Assembly (NCBI GenBank): GCA_027011095.1
Contig: JALVAQ010000492.1
Span: 1 to 47,202 of the forward strand
Direction of reading: 5' to 3'
From: Bacteroidales bacterium
GTDB taxonomy: Bacteria; Bacteroidota; Bacteroidia; Bacteroidales; F082
Length of the DNA: 47,202 nt
The notes under the pieces are model-generated. The model worked only from the letters and a program-made list of their open reading frames with translations. It was not told the origin of the DNA and ran no database searches. A program made the translations under genes and the position numbers. Every line of letters begins with the position of its first letter. Position 1 is the stretch's first letter. Positions 38,836 to 47,202 of the stretch are shown here, in pieces.

Positions 38836-38843
38836 TATATTTG
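38836..38843 (+). promoter_or_regulatory. -7 promoter box TATATTTG only 4 nt before the ATG of the AAA ATPase gene (implies a leaderless or near-leaderless mRNA)
   Basis: TATATTTG-CAAC-ATG. A TTTG lies at 38810-38813 as a possible -33 element. Confidence 0.4.
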
Positions 38844-38847
38844 CAAC

Positions 38848-40038
38848 ATGAACAGATTACGAGAAAAATATTTACGGCTTTTAGCATCGGTTAATTATCC
38901 CGGAAAGCGATTTTTATTTGATAAAATAAATTACGATGACAGGCTTATCATTATAAAAGGGCAACGGGGAACCGGAAAAACAACCATGATATTACAATAC
39001 ATTAAATACAGGTTTTCCGATACAGAACAAACGCTTTATGTTTCGCTTGATGACATCTATTTTTCCAATAACACGCTTTCCGATCTTGCGGATGAGTTTG
39101 TTAAAGATGATGGTAAGTTTTTATTTATTGATGAGGTACACCGATATAAAAACTGGGCACAGGAAATAAAAAATATTTTTGATTTCTATCCTGATTTGCA
39201 TCTTATTGTAACAGGTTCCTCTGCGCTGGATTTCTATATTAATATGGCAGATTTGGGACGAAGAGCCACGGTTTATACACTCCCTGTTCTTTCATTCAGA
39301 GAGTACCTCAACCTCTTTCATAACCATAATTTTAATGTTGCGGGATTTGAAGAAATAATTAATACCCACTATAAATTAGCTTTAGCTATTAACGCCAAAA
39401 TTAAACCTGTTAAACTTTTCAGACAATATCTTGCTAAAGGTGCCTACCCTTTTTGGTTTAGCAACCCGGATACTTATTTTGACAAACTGGAAGCCTTAAT
39501 AAGTACCATAATCGACAATGATATTCCTTCTGTTGAAAACATATCTTATGAAAGCAGAGGCAAATTGAAAAAGCTGTTAGTTATGCTTGCCGGAACTCCT
39601 CCTTTTAAAGTAAACCTCAGCGAGCTTGCCAGAAAACTTGAAACTTCACGCGATGTATTGTATAAATATTTGCATCTGTTAAGCCAGAGCGGAATAATCA
39701 GTTTTCTTTCAACGAATGGTATCGGCCATTCCATGCTTAGAAAACCGGATAAAATTTATTTTAGCAACCCCAATTTGCTTTACACACTTTCTGATACTGT
39801 TAATAAAGGAACCGCTCGGGAGACCTTTTTTTTAAGTCAGGTTTCGTTTGTGAAAAAGATAAATTACCCAAAAACAGGCGATTTTTTAATCGACAATAAA
39901 TATCTTTTTGAAGTGGGCGGAAAAAACAAAACACAAAAGCAAATCGCCGGAATAGAAAACGCTTTTTTAGCAATAGACAATGTTGAATACGGCCATAAAA
40001 ACAGTATCCCATTATGGCTTTTTGGGTTTATGTATTAA
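38848..40038 (+). CDS. AAA-family ATPase with C-terminal DUF4143-like region (COG1373-type)
   Basis: 396 aa with Walker A GQRGTGKTT and Walker B FLFIDEVH. The length and C-terminal half match AAA_14 + DUF4143 proteins common in Bacteroidota. Confidence 0.8.
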   Translation: MNRLREKYLRLLASVNYPGKRFLFDKINYDDRLIIIKGQRGTGKTTMILQYIKYRFSDTEQTLYVSLDDIYFSNNTLSDLADEFVKDDGKFLFIDEVHRYKNWAQEIKNIFDFYPDLHLIVTGSSALDFYINMADLGRRATVYTLPVLSFREYLNLFHNHNFNVAGFEEIINTHYKLALAINAKIKPVKLFRQYLAKGAYPFWFSNPDTYFDKLEALISTIIDNDIPSVENISYESRGKLKKLLVMLAGTPPFKVNLSELARKLETSRDVLYKYLHLLSQSGIISFLSTNGIGHSMLRKPDKIYFSNPNLLYTLSDTVNKGTARETFFLSQVSFVKKINYPKTGDFLIDNKYLFEVGGKNKTQKQIAGIENAFLAIDNVEYGHKNSIPLWLFGFMY

Positions 40039-40157
40039 GGTTGATTTTGGACAATTAATATACATTACGATATGATTTGACCAAAATACATTTATCAGGT
40101 TTGTTAAAATGTGTGCAGAACTAACAGGAAGAACCCTTGCCATAACTATTACAAAGT

Positions 40158-40195
40158 AAAATAAAAAATCCCCGTAATATTAACTATTACAGGGA
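40158..40195 (-). terminator. Terminator hairpin downstream of tRNA-Lys (bidirectional shape; also 3' of the AAA ATPase gene)
   Basis: TCCCCGTAATA-TTAAC-TATTACAGGGA forms a 10-bp stem with one mismatch. On the minus strand it is followed by TTTTTTATTTTAC. Confidence 0.5.
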
Positions 40196-40260
40196 TGATT
40201 TAATGTTTCCCCCACAGGGCTTCCCGATTTCGTGCCTTCATAGGGACCCCCCTTACGCTT

Positions 40261-40336
<76 letters not shown>

Positions 40337-40351
40337 TTTTTTTTGAGGCTG

Positions 40352-40359
40352 CAAAAATA
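40352..40359 (-). promoter_or_regulatory. -7 promoter box TATTTTTG for tRNA-Lys
   Basis: Plus strand CAAAAATA, 16 nt upstream of the tRNA 5' end. Confidence 0.5.
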
Positions 40360-40422
40360 ACTTCTTTAATGATATTGCGAAAGTTTTTGATAAATAAATA
40401 TTCTTACCCACCTCAAAAAATA

Positions 40423-40430
40423 TATCTTTG
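40423..40430 (+). promoter_or_regulatory. -7 promoter box TATCTTTG for meaB
   Basis: 19 nt upstream of the ATG at 40449. Confidence 0.5.
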
Positions 40431-40448
40431 TTGCAAGCAGTATAAACA

Positions 40449-41543
40449 ATGAATAATAACAAAAACGATAAAAGCGCACTCAGGGTAAACAAGGGTGTTG
40501 AACAACCTTCAATGGTTAATCCATCGCTGGCAACCGGCATTAAAAACAGGTTTAAAAAAGAGTCGCTATCGGCAGACCAATACTTTAACGGAATACGTCA
40601 AGGCGACAGAGCAGTTTTAAGCCGTGCCATCACCCTCATTGAAAGCACCCGCCCCGAAGACAAACAAAAAGCCGGAATATTAATAAATAAATGCCTCCCC
40701 TATTCGGGAAACTCCTTCCGTATTGGCATTACCGGCGTTCCGGGAGTAGGCAAAAGTACCTTTATTGAATCTTACGGATTGTCGTTAATAAAACAGAAGA
40801 AAAAAATTGCCGTACTGGCCATCGACCCCAGCAGCAGTCGTACCAAAGGCAGCATTTTGGGCGACAAAACCCGAATGGAAAAGCTAAGCACCAACAGCAA
40901 CGCCTTTATTCGCCCCTCATCAAGTGCAGGCACTCTGGGAGGCGTGGCTCGCAATACCCGCGAATCGATTATTTTGTGTGAAGCAGCCGGGTTCGACATC
41001 ATCCTTATTGAAACCGTTGGCGTAGGGCAGTCGGAAACGGCAGTAGCACAGATGGTAGATTTCTTTTTACTGCTGATGCTTGCCGGTGGCGGCGATGAGT
41101 TGCAAGGCATTAAAAGAGGTATTATGGAAATGGCCGACCTCATTGTAATAAACAAAGCCGATGGCGACAACCTTAACAAAGCCAACCTTGCCAAACGCGA
41201 ATATCAAAATGCCCTGCACCTGTTTCCGGCCTCAGAAAGCGGTTGGTATCCCAAAGTGGTTACTGCCTCAAGTATCGAAGGAACAGGATTATCTGAAATT
41301 CAAAACTTAATTGATAAATACCTTTCTTTAACCACTGAAAACAATTATTTCGATCATCATCGCAAACAACAGCTAATTTCTATTATGAAAGAGACCATTT
41401 CCGATGCTTTAATCAATCGCTTTTTTAATTCAAAAACCATAAAAGCCAAAATTAAAGATTTTGAAAACAAGATTTTAAAGGGTGAAATTTCGCCCTATGA
41501 AGCAGCGGATAAACTTCTTGAGATGTATGAAAATAATTTGTAA
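40449..41543 (+). CDS. meaB: Methylmalonyl-CoA mutase-associated GTPase MeaB/ArgK (stand-alone)
   Basis: 364 aa with GITGVPGVGKSTFIE, IETVGVGQSE and NKADGD. Confidence 0.88.
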   Translation: MNNNKNDKSALRVNKGVEQPSMVNPSLATGIKNRFKKESLSADQYFNGIRQGDRAVLSRAITLIESTRPEDKQKAGILINKCLPYSGNSFRIGITGVPGVGKSTFIESYGLSLIKQKKKIAVLAIDPSSSRTKGSILGDKTRMEKLSTNSNAFIRPSSSAGTLGGVARNTRESIILCEAAGFDIILIETVGVGQSETAVAQMVDFFLLLMLAGGGDELQGIKRGIMEMADLIVINKADGDNLNKANLAKREYQNALHLFPASESGWYPKVVTASSIEGTGLSEIQNLIDKYLSLTTENNYFDHHRKQQLISIMKETISDALINRFFNSKTIKAKIKDFENKILKGEISPYEAADKLLEMYENNL

Positions 41544-41616
41544 TCATTCTACCCATATTAAACAGATAATTAATAATCAAAAAATGTATTTTTACCCCCG
41601 TTAAAAATTTACAGAA

Positions 41617-42135
41617 ATGAAAAAAATAGTTTTATTGTATTGGCCCAAGGGCGGAAACACTGAAAATGCTGCCGAAAAAATTGCCAAAGCATTTGATAAT
41701 ATTGATGTTTTTGACATAAAATCGTTTAATGCTGAAGACATTAAAAATTACGATTTAATCATTACCGGAGCCTCCACCGTAGGAGCCGAAAACTGGGAAG
41801 ACGCTTCCAATGATAACGAATGGAGCAGGCTGGATTTGGAAATGCGCAAGCAGGATTTATCAGGTAAATATGTTGCTTTTTTCGGCCTTGGCGATCAAGT
41901 GCTTTACCCCGACCATTTTGTGGATGTATTAGGTGTTTTTGAAGAAGAATATCAAAATATGAATGCCAAAATTATTGGCAGATGGCCTACTGACGGTTAC
42001 CGGTTTACCGGCTCGAATGGCGAAAAAGACGGCATGTTTTACGGCCTTGCCATTGATGAAGATAATGAAGACGAGCTAACCGAAGAAAGAGCTAAAAAAT
42101 GGGCTGCCCAACTTTTAAAAGAGATGGAAGCTTAA
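41617..42135 (+). CDS. fldA: Long-chain flavodoxin
   Basis: 172 aa. The FMN-phosphate loop region is YWPKGGNTENAAEKIA, followed by LIITGASTVG, FGLGDQ and the ~20-aa long-chain insert. Confidence 0.82.
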   Translation: MKKIVLLYWPKGGNTENAAEKIAKAFDNIDVFDIKSFNAEDIKNYDLIITGASTVGAENWEDASNDNEWSRLDLEMRKQDLSGKYVAFFGLGDQVLYPDHFVDVLGVFEEEYQNMNAKIIGRWPTDGYRFTGSNGEKDGMFYGLAIDEDNEDELTEERAKKWAAQLLKEMEA

Positions 42136-42160
42136 AAAAAATCCCCGAAAAAATTAAAAA

Positions 42161-42191
42161 GCCGCCTCTTTTACTGAGACGGCTTTTTTTA
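42161..42191 (+). terminator. Rho-independent terminator (bidirectional) between the convergent flavodoxin and BNR genes
   Basis: GCCGCCTC-TTTTACT-GAGACGGC (8-bp stem with one mismatch), followed by T7 and preceded by A5. Confidence 0.7.
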
Positions 42192-42339
42192 TTTCTTCAA
42201 TTATCAAACCTCAACGCAAACAATCTTCAAAAGTTTTGAAAGAATTGGTTTTAACTTATGTAATAAATATCTTACCAACAAATCCAACTCCTTAGTGTTC
42301 AACCCGAAACACAGCAGAACCTTTTTTAAAACATGTCCA

Positions 42340-43929
42340 TTATTTTTTAATCACTTTTCTCGTAACAACTCCTGCGGCAGCAGTTACCTGTACAAAATAA
42401 ACTCCATCCGGAAAAGAACTTAAATCAACTTGCTGTAACTTTTGCCAATTTAAATTCTCAAAACGGGCAACCCTTTTTCCCTGCTCATTAAAAAGGTCAA
42501 TCTTTTCTAAACCACACCCTTTAACGTTTATAAGCAAGGTGGTTGGACTGGGAAAAACTTCAACCGCCGGAGTGTTGTCCGCTGTTATTTTGCTGACCGA
42601 CAACGGCTTTCCATCCATGGTCATACGCTGAAACCAAATATTCAGTTTTCCGTTACGCGGATCACCCCAAACAACATTAAGGGTATCGCTTTTAAATTTT
42701 ACACACATAAAATCGTTTCCCGAAGCAGCCAAAACCGATGCATACTCAATCAACGTATCTGAAATTCTGAAATTAGCTAAAATCGAATCGGAATTATGTT
42801 TTTTAACCGCACCCCAAATTTCAAAACTTGTAGCATAGGTTGAGTCAAGTCCGTTTCTTCTGTCGCGCCATGCCATTGCCAAATTTCCATTGTCATCAAA
42901 ATCGGCCCAAACCAGGTCTTGCATCCTGTTGTTTCCAACGGGGTCATCGTTCACCCTTACTGGCTCCGACCAACTTACTCCCGCATCATAACTTTCAGTT
43001 ATTAACACGTCAATATCTCCGTATAAAGTGCTTAAAAAGAAAAATACCAGGTGATTTGCATCCGAAGGGTCGGCACGCAGCAGATACCCTTTTTTGGCAA
43101 GCGGATCATCAGCAAAATTTGATGAAGTAAGCACCGAATGATAGGTAAACGTTTCTCCGCCATCACTCGAAGAGGCAATAATATACTGTGCCAAAGAATT
43201 TTGCGAATACTTATAACTGGGATAAACAGCATAAAAAACACCGTTTGCCGATACACAGGGCGTTGGCATGGGCTGGCTGATGATGTTTCCGGCCAGCCAA
43301 TTGGTAGTATCAAGATGTTTCCATGGGTTAAAGGATTCACCACCATCTTTGGATACCGTAAAGTAAGGATGATAGGGAGGGGCAATGTATCCAAAAATTC
43401 CGGGATTCATGGTTGTAACATAAATGTTGCCACTGTTTGCATTCTGCCATCGGTCAACCGCTATCCAGGGCCGGTCGATGGGAAACTTTCCGGCTTCCGA
43501 ATAAGCATCAATAACTTCCACGGGATTTCCCCACGACACTCCCTCATCGGTTGATTTACGAACATAAACAGTACCCGAATCAAGTGTAGAACTAAAATCA
43601 ACATAACTTAAAAAAAGATTGCCATCACCATCAAAAGCCATGGATGGGTCAGCCGAACCGTAGGCAGAGTTGGTGTGGGTAATATGATTTTCGTTGCTCC
43701 AGGTACGGCCGCCATCAAACGAAGTTTTGGTTTTTATCATTGATTTGGTAAAGGGGAGATAACCCATCCAGGCAACTACCATATGCTGCGGTTTTTGTGG
43801 ATTAACGGCTAGGTAAGGCTCGCCGTCAAAAATGGTACCTTGAGAAATATTATGATTTTGCGCTTTTAAACTGAAACCGGCAAAAAACAGTATCAAAAAC
43901 AAAGCAAGTAACAGATTATAACGTTTCAT
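42340..43929 (-). CDS. BNR/Asp-box repeat (sialidase-fold) protein with a T9SS C-terminal sorting domain (paralog of 14015-15568)
   Basis: Boxes SFDGGRTW, STDEGVSW, SKDGGESF, SSDGGETF and SYDAGVSW. It shares VRVNDDP-GN and DRRNG with the other copy. The C-terminus reads VFPSPTT...DGVYFVQVTAAAGVVTRKVIKK. Confidence 0.8.
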   Translation of the reverse strand: MKRYNLLLALFLILFFAGFSLKAQNHNISQGTIFDGEPYLAVNPQKPQHMVVAWMGYLPFTKSMIKTKTSFDGGRTWSNENHITHTNSAYGSADPSMAFDGDGNLFLSYVDFSSTLDSGTVYVRKSTDEGVSWGNPVEVIDAYSEAGKFPIDRPWIAVDRWQNANSGNIYVTTMNPGIFGYIAPPYHPYFTVSKDGGESFNPWKHLDTTNWLAGNIISQPMPTPCVSANGVFYAVYPSYKYSQNSLAQYIIASSSDGGETFTYHSVLTSSNFADDPLAKKGYLLRADPSDANHLVFFFLSTLYGDIDVLITESYDAGVSWSEPVRVNDDPVGNNRMQDLVWADFDDNGNLAMAWRDRRNGLDSTYATSFEIWGAVKKHNSDSILANFRISDTLIEYASVLAASGNDFMCVKFKSDTLNVVWGDPRNGKLNIWFQRMTMDGKPLSVSKITADNTPAVEVFPSPTTLLINVKGCGLEKIDLFNEQGKRVARFENLNWQKLQQVDLSSFPDGVYFVQVTAAAGVVTRKVIKK

Positions 43930-44123
43930 AAAATTTTATCTATTTGGTTTATAGTGTATTATGTTTTTAAAAGGTTAAAGATACAAACATTAATTGTTTT
44001 ACACTACCCGGTTTTACAAATATGGAAAATATTGCATAAAAATTGAGCAAATCAACCTTTTTTACACTTCATGCACTCCATTGGCAAATGTTTGCTATTT
44101 TTATCCGATAAAATTTTAGGGCT

Positions 44124-45197
44124 ATGATTACCAAAAAGATTCTTATCATTTATCCGGAGGTGCACGAAACAAAAATTGCTGTTTATCGCAACAACGAACC
44201 GGTGTTTTTAAAAACAATCCGCCATTCGGAGGAAGAGCTTAGCAGGTTTAAACAGGTTACCGACCAAAGTGATTTCAGGTTGGAACTGGTGCTGCAAGAG
44301 TTAAAATCCAACAATGTTAACCTTGAAGCGGTTGAAATGGTAATGGGGCGCAGCGGCCTGGTAAAACCGGTATCACAAGGGGTGTATCACATTAATAAAG
44401 CGATGGTACGCGACCTTGAAACGGGAGTGATGGGTGTTCATGCTACCAACCTCGGAGGAATTATTGCCTATAAAATAGCCGAAATGCTGGGCAAAAAAGC
44501 CTTTATGGTCAATCCTGTGGTGGTTGATGAACTTACCGATGTGGCACGCGTAACCGGCCATCCCGATTTTGAAAGGAAATCAATTTTCCATGCGCTAAAC
44601 CACAAACATGTTGCCTGCAAATATGCCAAATCGCGCAATCAAAAATATGAAGAGTTAAACCTGATTGTATGCCACATAGGTAGCGGCGGCATCTCCATTG
44701 GCGCTCATCAAAAAGGACGCGTGGTGGATGTTAACCAGGCCTTCGATGGAGGTGGCCCCTTTTCCATTACCCGAACCGGAACCCTGCCCATGGGACAGTT
44801 GGTTGAGTATTGCTACAGCGGAGAACATACCAAAGAAGAGGTTTTAAAAATGATTCGTGAGGAGGGCGGATACAAAGCCTATCTCGGCACCGACAGCCTT
44901 CAAAAAATTAACCGCATGATTGCCGAAGGTAACGAAAAAGCACTCGCCATTTCGTATGCATTGTCCTATCAGGTGTCAAAAGAAATTGCCTCGCATTATG
45001 CCACCCTCGAAGGTGAAGTGGATGCAATTATCCTTACGGGATTGATTTTCGACAGCGAACGGTTTTTGGAAAATGTTAAACGCCGTATCGGCAAAATAGC
45101 GCCCATCGCTTTGTACCCCGTAGTTAACGATTTTGAAGCACTTGCGGTTTTTGCCAGCCGTGTTTTGCGAAACGAAATTACCGTTAAAGAGTATTAA
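44124..45197 (+). CDS. Butyrate-kinase homolog (ASKHA fold) with degenerate catalytic motifs
   Basis: Collinear over its whole length with the clostridial Buk sequence as I recall it (RHSEEEL, HATNLGGIIA, NPVVVDEL, RKSIFHALN). However, INPGSTSTK is IYPEVHETK here, and the other phosphate/adenosine motifs are also altered. Confidence 0.8.
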   Translation: MITKKILIIYPEVHETKIAVYRNNEPVFLKTIRHSEEELSRFKQVTDQSDFRLELVLQELKSNNVNLEAVEMVMGRSGLVKPVSQGVYHINKAMVRDLETGVMGVHATNLGGIIAYKIAEMLGKKAFMVNPVVVDELTDVARVTGHPDFERKSIFHALNHKHVACKYAKSRNQKYEELNLIVCHIGSGGISIGAHQKGRVVDVNQAFDGGGPFSITRTGTLPMGQLVEYCYSGEHTKEEVLKMIREEGGYKAYLGTDSLQKINRMIAEGNEKALAISYALSYQVSKEIASHYATLEGEVDAIILTGLIFDSERFLENVKRRIGKIAPIALYPVVNDFEALAVFASRVLRNEITVKEY

Positions 45198-45220
45198 ATA
45201 TCAAAAGCTTTTTTTCCATA

Positions 45221-47202
45221 TTGCGGTATCTGTTAGGTGCAACAGCGATCCTTTTGTGGTTTCAAGGCACCTCTCAAACCTATCACAACAACCTTGAAAC
45301 CGCCGACAGCATAAACCATTGGCTGGGAATTGCCCAAATAGACAGCACCACTGCCCGTTCAGGCAATTATGCCGCTTTTGTTGACTCGTTGCACCCTTAC
45401 GGACTGGGTGTTGAAATGCTGTTTCCGGCAACCGTTCAAAACAAAAATACGGTGCTTTCCATCAGCGGATTTGTTTACAGCAAGGCAGATTATCCCGATG
45501 TGCTTTACGTTATATCTATTGTAAATAATGGAGAAACAGCCTTTTGGAAAGGAATAAAACTGAAAAACCTGTTATCGAGCAAACAAACATGGACCCCCTT
45601 TCGCGATTCGGTGTTAATTCCTGCCGATGTTACCAAAACCGGAAAATTGAAAATTTATCTTTGGAATAAGGGCAGAAACAGTAAAATTCTGGCCGATGAT
45701 TTTTCGGTAAGTTTTAAACCGGCTCCCACCCCTTCGTTTTTAACCGATGTAAACAGCCTGCCCGATTACATTAACCTTGGCAAAGGAAAACTGCTGTTTG
45801 AAAACAGCTTTTACAAAATTTGGAGCAAAGGCGAAGAGGGCTTTTTTATTACCGACACTTCGAACACCCCTTTTATAAACAGCCTCCGCTACTTTTATAA
45901 CGAAACCGATAATACCGCTGACTTTAAAAATTTCACCCTTTTCAAATTTACCGGAAGCAGCCGGCACAACGGCGAAACCATCCTTACTTTTAAAACAAAA
46001 TCGAAGTTTGAGAAGGTTAAATTGAAATTGCATTGCACAAAGAACTCCCCTGAAATCAATCTGTCGGTAACGCAACAATACAAAACAAGTGTAAAGGTTA
46101 AGCGCTCGGCGCTGCTTATAAATTATTCCATGCCTTTGCAAGAGGTTTTCCGGGCCAACCGGAAATCAGATACTAACCTTTTTCAAAACGAATACTGGCT
46201 TGACAAACAGGGGTTTTCAGTGGCCGATACCTGTGCGGCAATGGCCGTTTATCACTGTCCTGATATCTCTTCCATACAACTTAACATCCAAAACCGGCTC
46301 GCCGTTATTAACCTCGACTACGAAAAAGACCATCCTTTTTTACACTTCCCGCTGGACACCACCACTTTTGATTATAAAATCGACCGGTCGGTTTCCGTTT
46401 ACAAAAAAGGAGATAAAACCCAACAAACGTTTAAAATGTTTGCAGGCATCAAACCCGAAAAGCTACCCCGGTTTATGAAAAATCGCGATGGATTTTTGGC
46501 AACCTATATCTGGACCGAGCACGCCGACTGGGGAGATATCAAAACCCACAGGGCAACCTATTTCGGGTCGGAAAACATTACCGATGCCGACAGTGCCATC
46601 GGCGGATTTATCAAGTACCAAATTCCCGTTACCAAAAGTGTTTTTTACGACAACCCTGACAGTATTACCAACACCAAAATTTCAGGCGGTTTGTTTACCT
46701 CATTGGAGTCTTCGATTAAAACCGACAGGGCGTTCGCCGATTTTCTATTTCAAATTCATAAAAAAGGTAATGAAATCTGCCTGCACACACCCGAGCAATA
46801 TACCACCACTCCCAACAGGTTAGACAAGGCACTAAATTACATGAAAAACCACTTTAATTCGCCCACCTGGATTGACCACGGATACAACAATCTTAAAAAA
46901 AATAACCGGGAGGACTTGGTGTGCGATGGGTCTGGAAATTTTGCTGCCTCTCTTTGGAAAAAATATGGTATCCGTTATTTTTACAATCCATATTACGAAG
47001 ATTATTTAACTTTTTTAAATTATGGTTTTTTTGGCTCCATCGAAAAAATGTACTCCGGCTTCGGCGACTTTTATCCCAAACCCGATTATTGGCAACATCC
47101 CACCCGCACCAACAACTTTTATCACTGGCCCACATTAAGCGTACTTTACATTGGCAGCGAAGGTTTGTGGAACTATTTTTTCTCACGCCATCAGCTCAAC
47201 GT
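45221..47202 (+). CDS. Secreted hypothetical protein, 3'-partial (runs off the window); start codon uncertain (TTG at 45221 proposed)
   Basis: My translation shows one uninterrupted frame from 45188 to the window end: ...LRYLLGATAILLWFQGTSQTYHNN...WTEHADWGDIKTHRATYFG...ICLHTPEQY...WIDHGYNN... The N-terminus looks like a signal peptide. The first in-frame ATG is codon 66 (45416). Confidence 0.6.
   Translation, partial: MRYLLGATAILLWFQGTSQTYHNNLETADSINHWLGIAQIDSTTARSGNYAAFVDSLHPYGLGVEMLFPATVQNKNTVLSISGFVYSKADYPDVLYVISIVNNGETAFWKGIKLKNLLSSKQTWTPFRDSVLIPADVTKTGKLKIYLWNKGRNSKILADDFSVSFKPAPTPSFLTDVNSLPDYINLGKGKLLFENSFYKIWSKGEEGFFITDTSNTPFINSLRYFYNETDNTADFKNFTLFKFTGSSRHNGETILTFKTKSKFEKVKLKLHCTKNSPEINLSVTQQYKTSVKVKRSALLINYSMPLQEVFRANRKSDTNLFQNEYWLDKQGFSVADTCAAMAVYHCPDISSIQLNIQNRLAVINLDYEKDHPFLHFPLDTTTFDYKIDRSVSVYKKGDKTQQTFKMFAGIKPEKLPRFMKNRDGFLATYIWTEHADWGDIKTHRATYFGSENITDADSAIGGFIKYQIPVTKSVFYDNPDSITNTKISGGLFTSLESSIKTDRAFADFLFQIHKKGNEICLHTPEQYTTTPNRLDKALNYMKNHFNSPTWIDHGYNNLKKNNREDLVCDGSGNFAASLWKKYGIRYFYNPYYEDYLTFLNYGFFGSIEKMYSGFGDFYPKPDYWQHPTRTNNFYHWPTLSVLYIGSEGLWNYFFSRHQLN

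Noticed and set aside
40205-40232. Degenerate copy of the tRNA-Lys 3' end (TTCCCCCACAGGGCTTCCCGA against CTCCCCGGCAGGGCTCGAACC) as an att-site scar
   Set aside because: Only about two-thirds of positions match. It lies 30 bp from the tRNA rather than at the far edge of an island, and no integrase is present. It is probably chance.
45201-47186. Track ORFs 45201-45431(-), 45740-46141(-), 45895-46083(-), 46200-46478(+), 46488-46823(+) and 46893-47186(-)
   Set aside because: All lie inside, or are out of frame with, the single long plus-strand frame that is open from 45188 to the window end. Their products are low-complexity or basic.

Overview
This 47.2-kb window is a gene-dense chromosomal segment of a Bacteroidota genome. 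The phylum call rests on gldE-gldD, three T9SS C-terminal sorting domains, and recurrent TAnnTTTG '-7' promoter boxes 15-65 nt upstream of start codons. The gene content looks anaerobe-leaning: flavodoxin, a superoxide-reductase-like protein, a butyrate-kinase homolog, IcmF and SelD.

I support about 40 protein genes, one tRNA-Lys(CUU), several terminators, about 17 promoter boxes and several repeats. Most genes are housekeeping:
- Lipid and CoA metabolism: lipB, fabH, fabD, two acyl-CoA ligases, icmF, meaB.
- Cofactor, amino-acid and translation functions: folE, a QueD/PTPS-family gene, hisS, hutH, a NifS-SelD fusion.
- Transport, proteolysis and other: MlaFE-type ABC, CPA2 antiporter, CvpA, BI-1, an S46 peptidase, elbB.

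I saw no integrase, transposase, CRISPR array, toxin-antitoxin pair or named defence system. I cannot point to one unambiguous novel system. The best candidates for follow-up are:
1. A three-gene surface-protein operon (3157-7349): a beta-helix protein ending in two dockerin-like 40-aa repeats, a T9SS-CTD protein, and a 79-aa Pro/Gly-rich peptide that is little more than a signal peptide plus a C-terminal sorting-signal-like anchor.
2. A butyrate-kinase homolog with nearly all ASKHA catalytic motifs degenerate, apparently co-transcribed with a secreted protein that has no ATG start.
3. A 128-bp array of sixteen 8-bp ATG-initiated units between icmF and elbB.
4. A Tat-exported superoxide-reductase-like protein (EKHVP changed to ESHVP) paired with a beta-propeller lipoprotein.
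5. A NifS-SelD fusion preceded by about 570 bp of unexplained non-coding DNA.
6. Two AT-rich accessory-looking loci: an orphan lipoprotein next to a 109-bp element with inverted-repeat ends, and an AAA/DUF4143 ATPase next to tRNA-Lys.

All functional calls come from reading the supplied translations against remembered family motifs. No database search was run.
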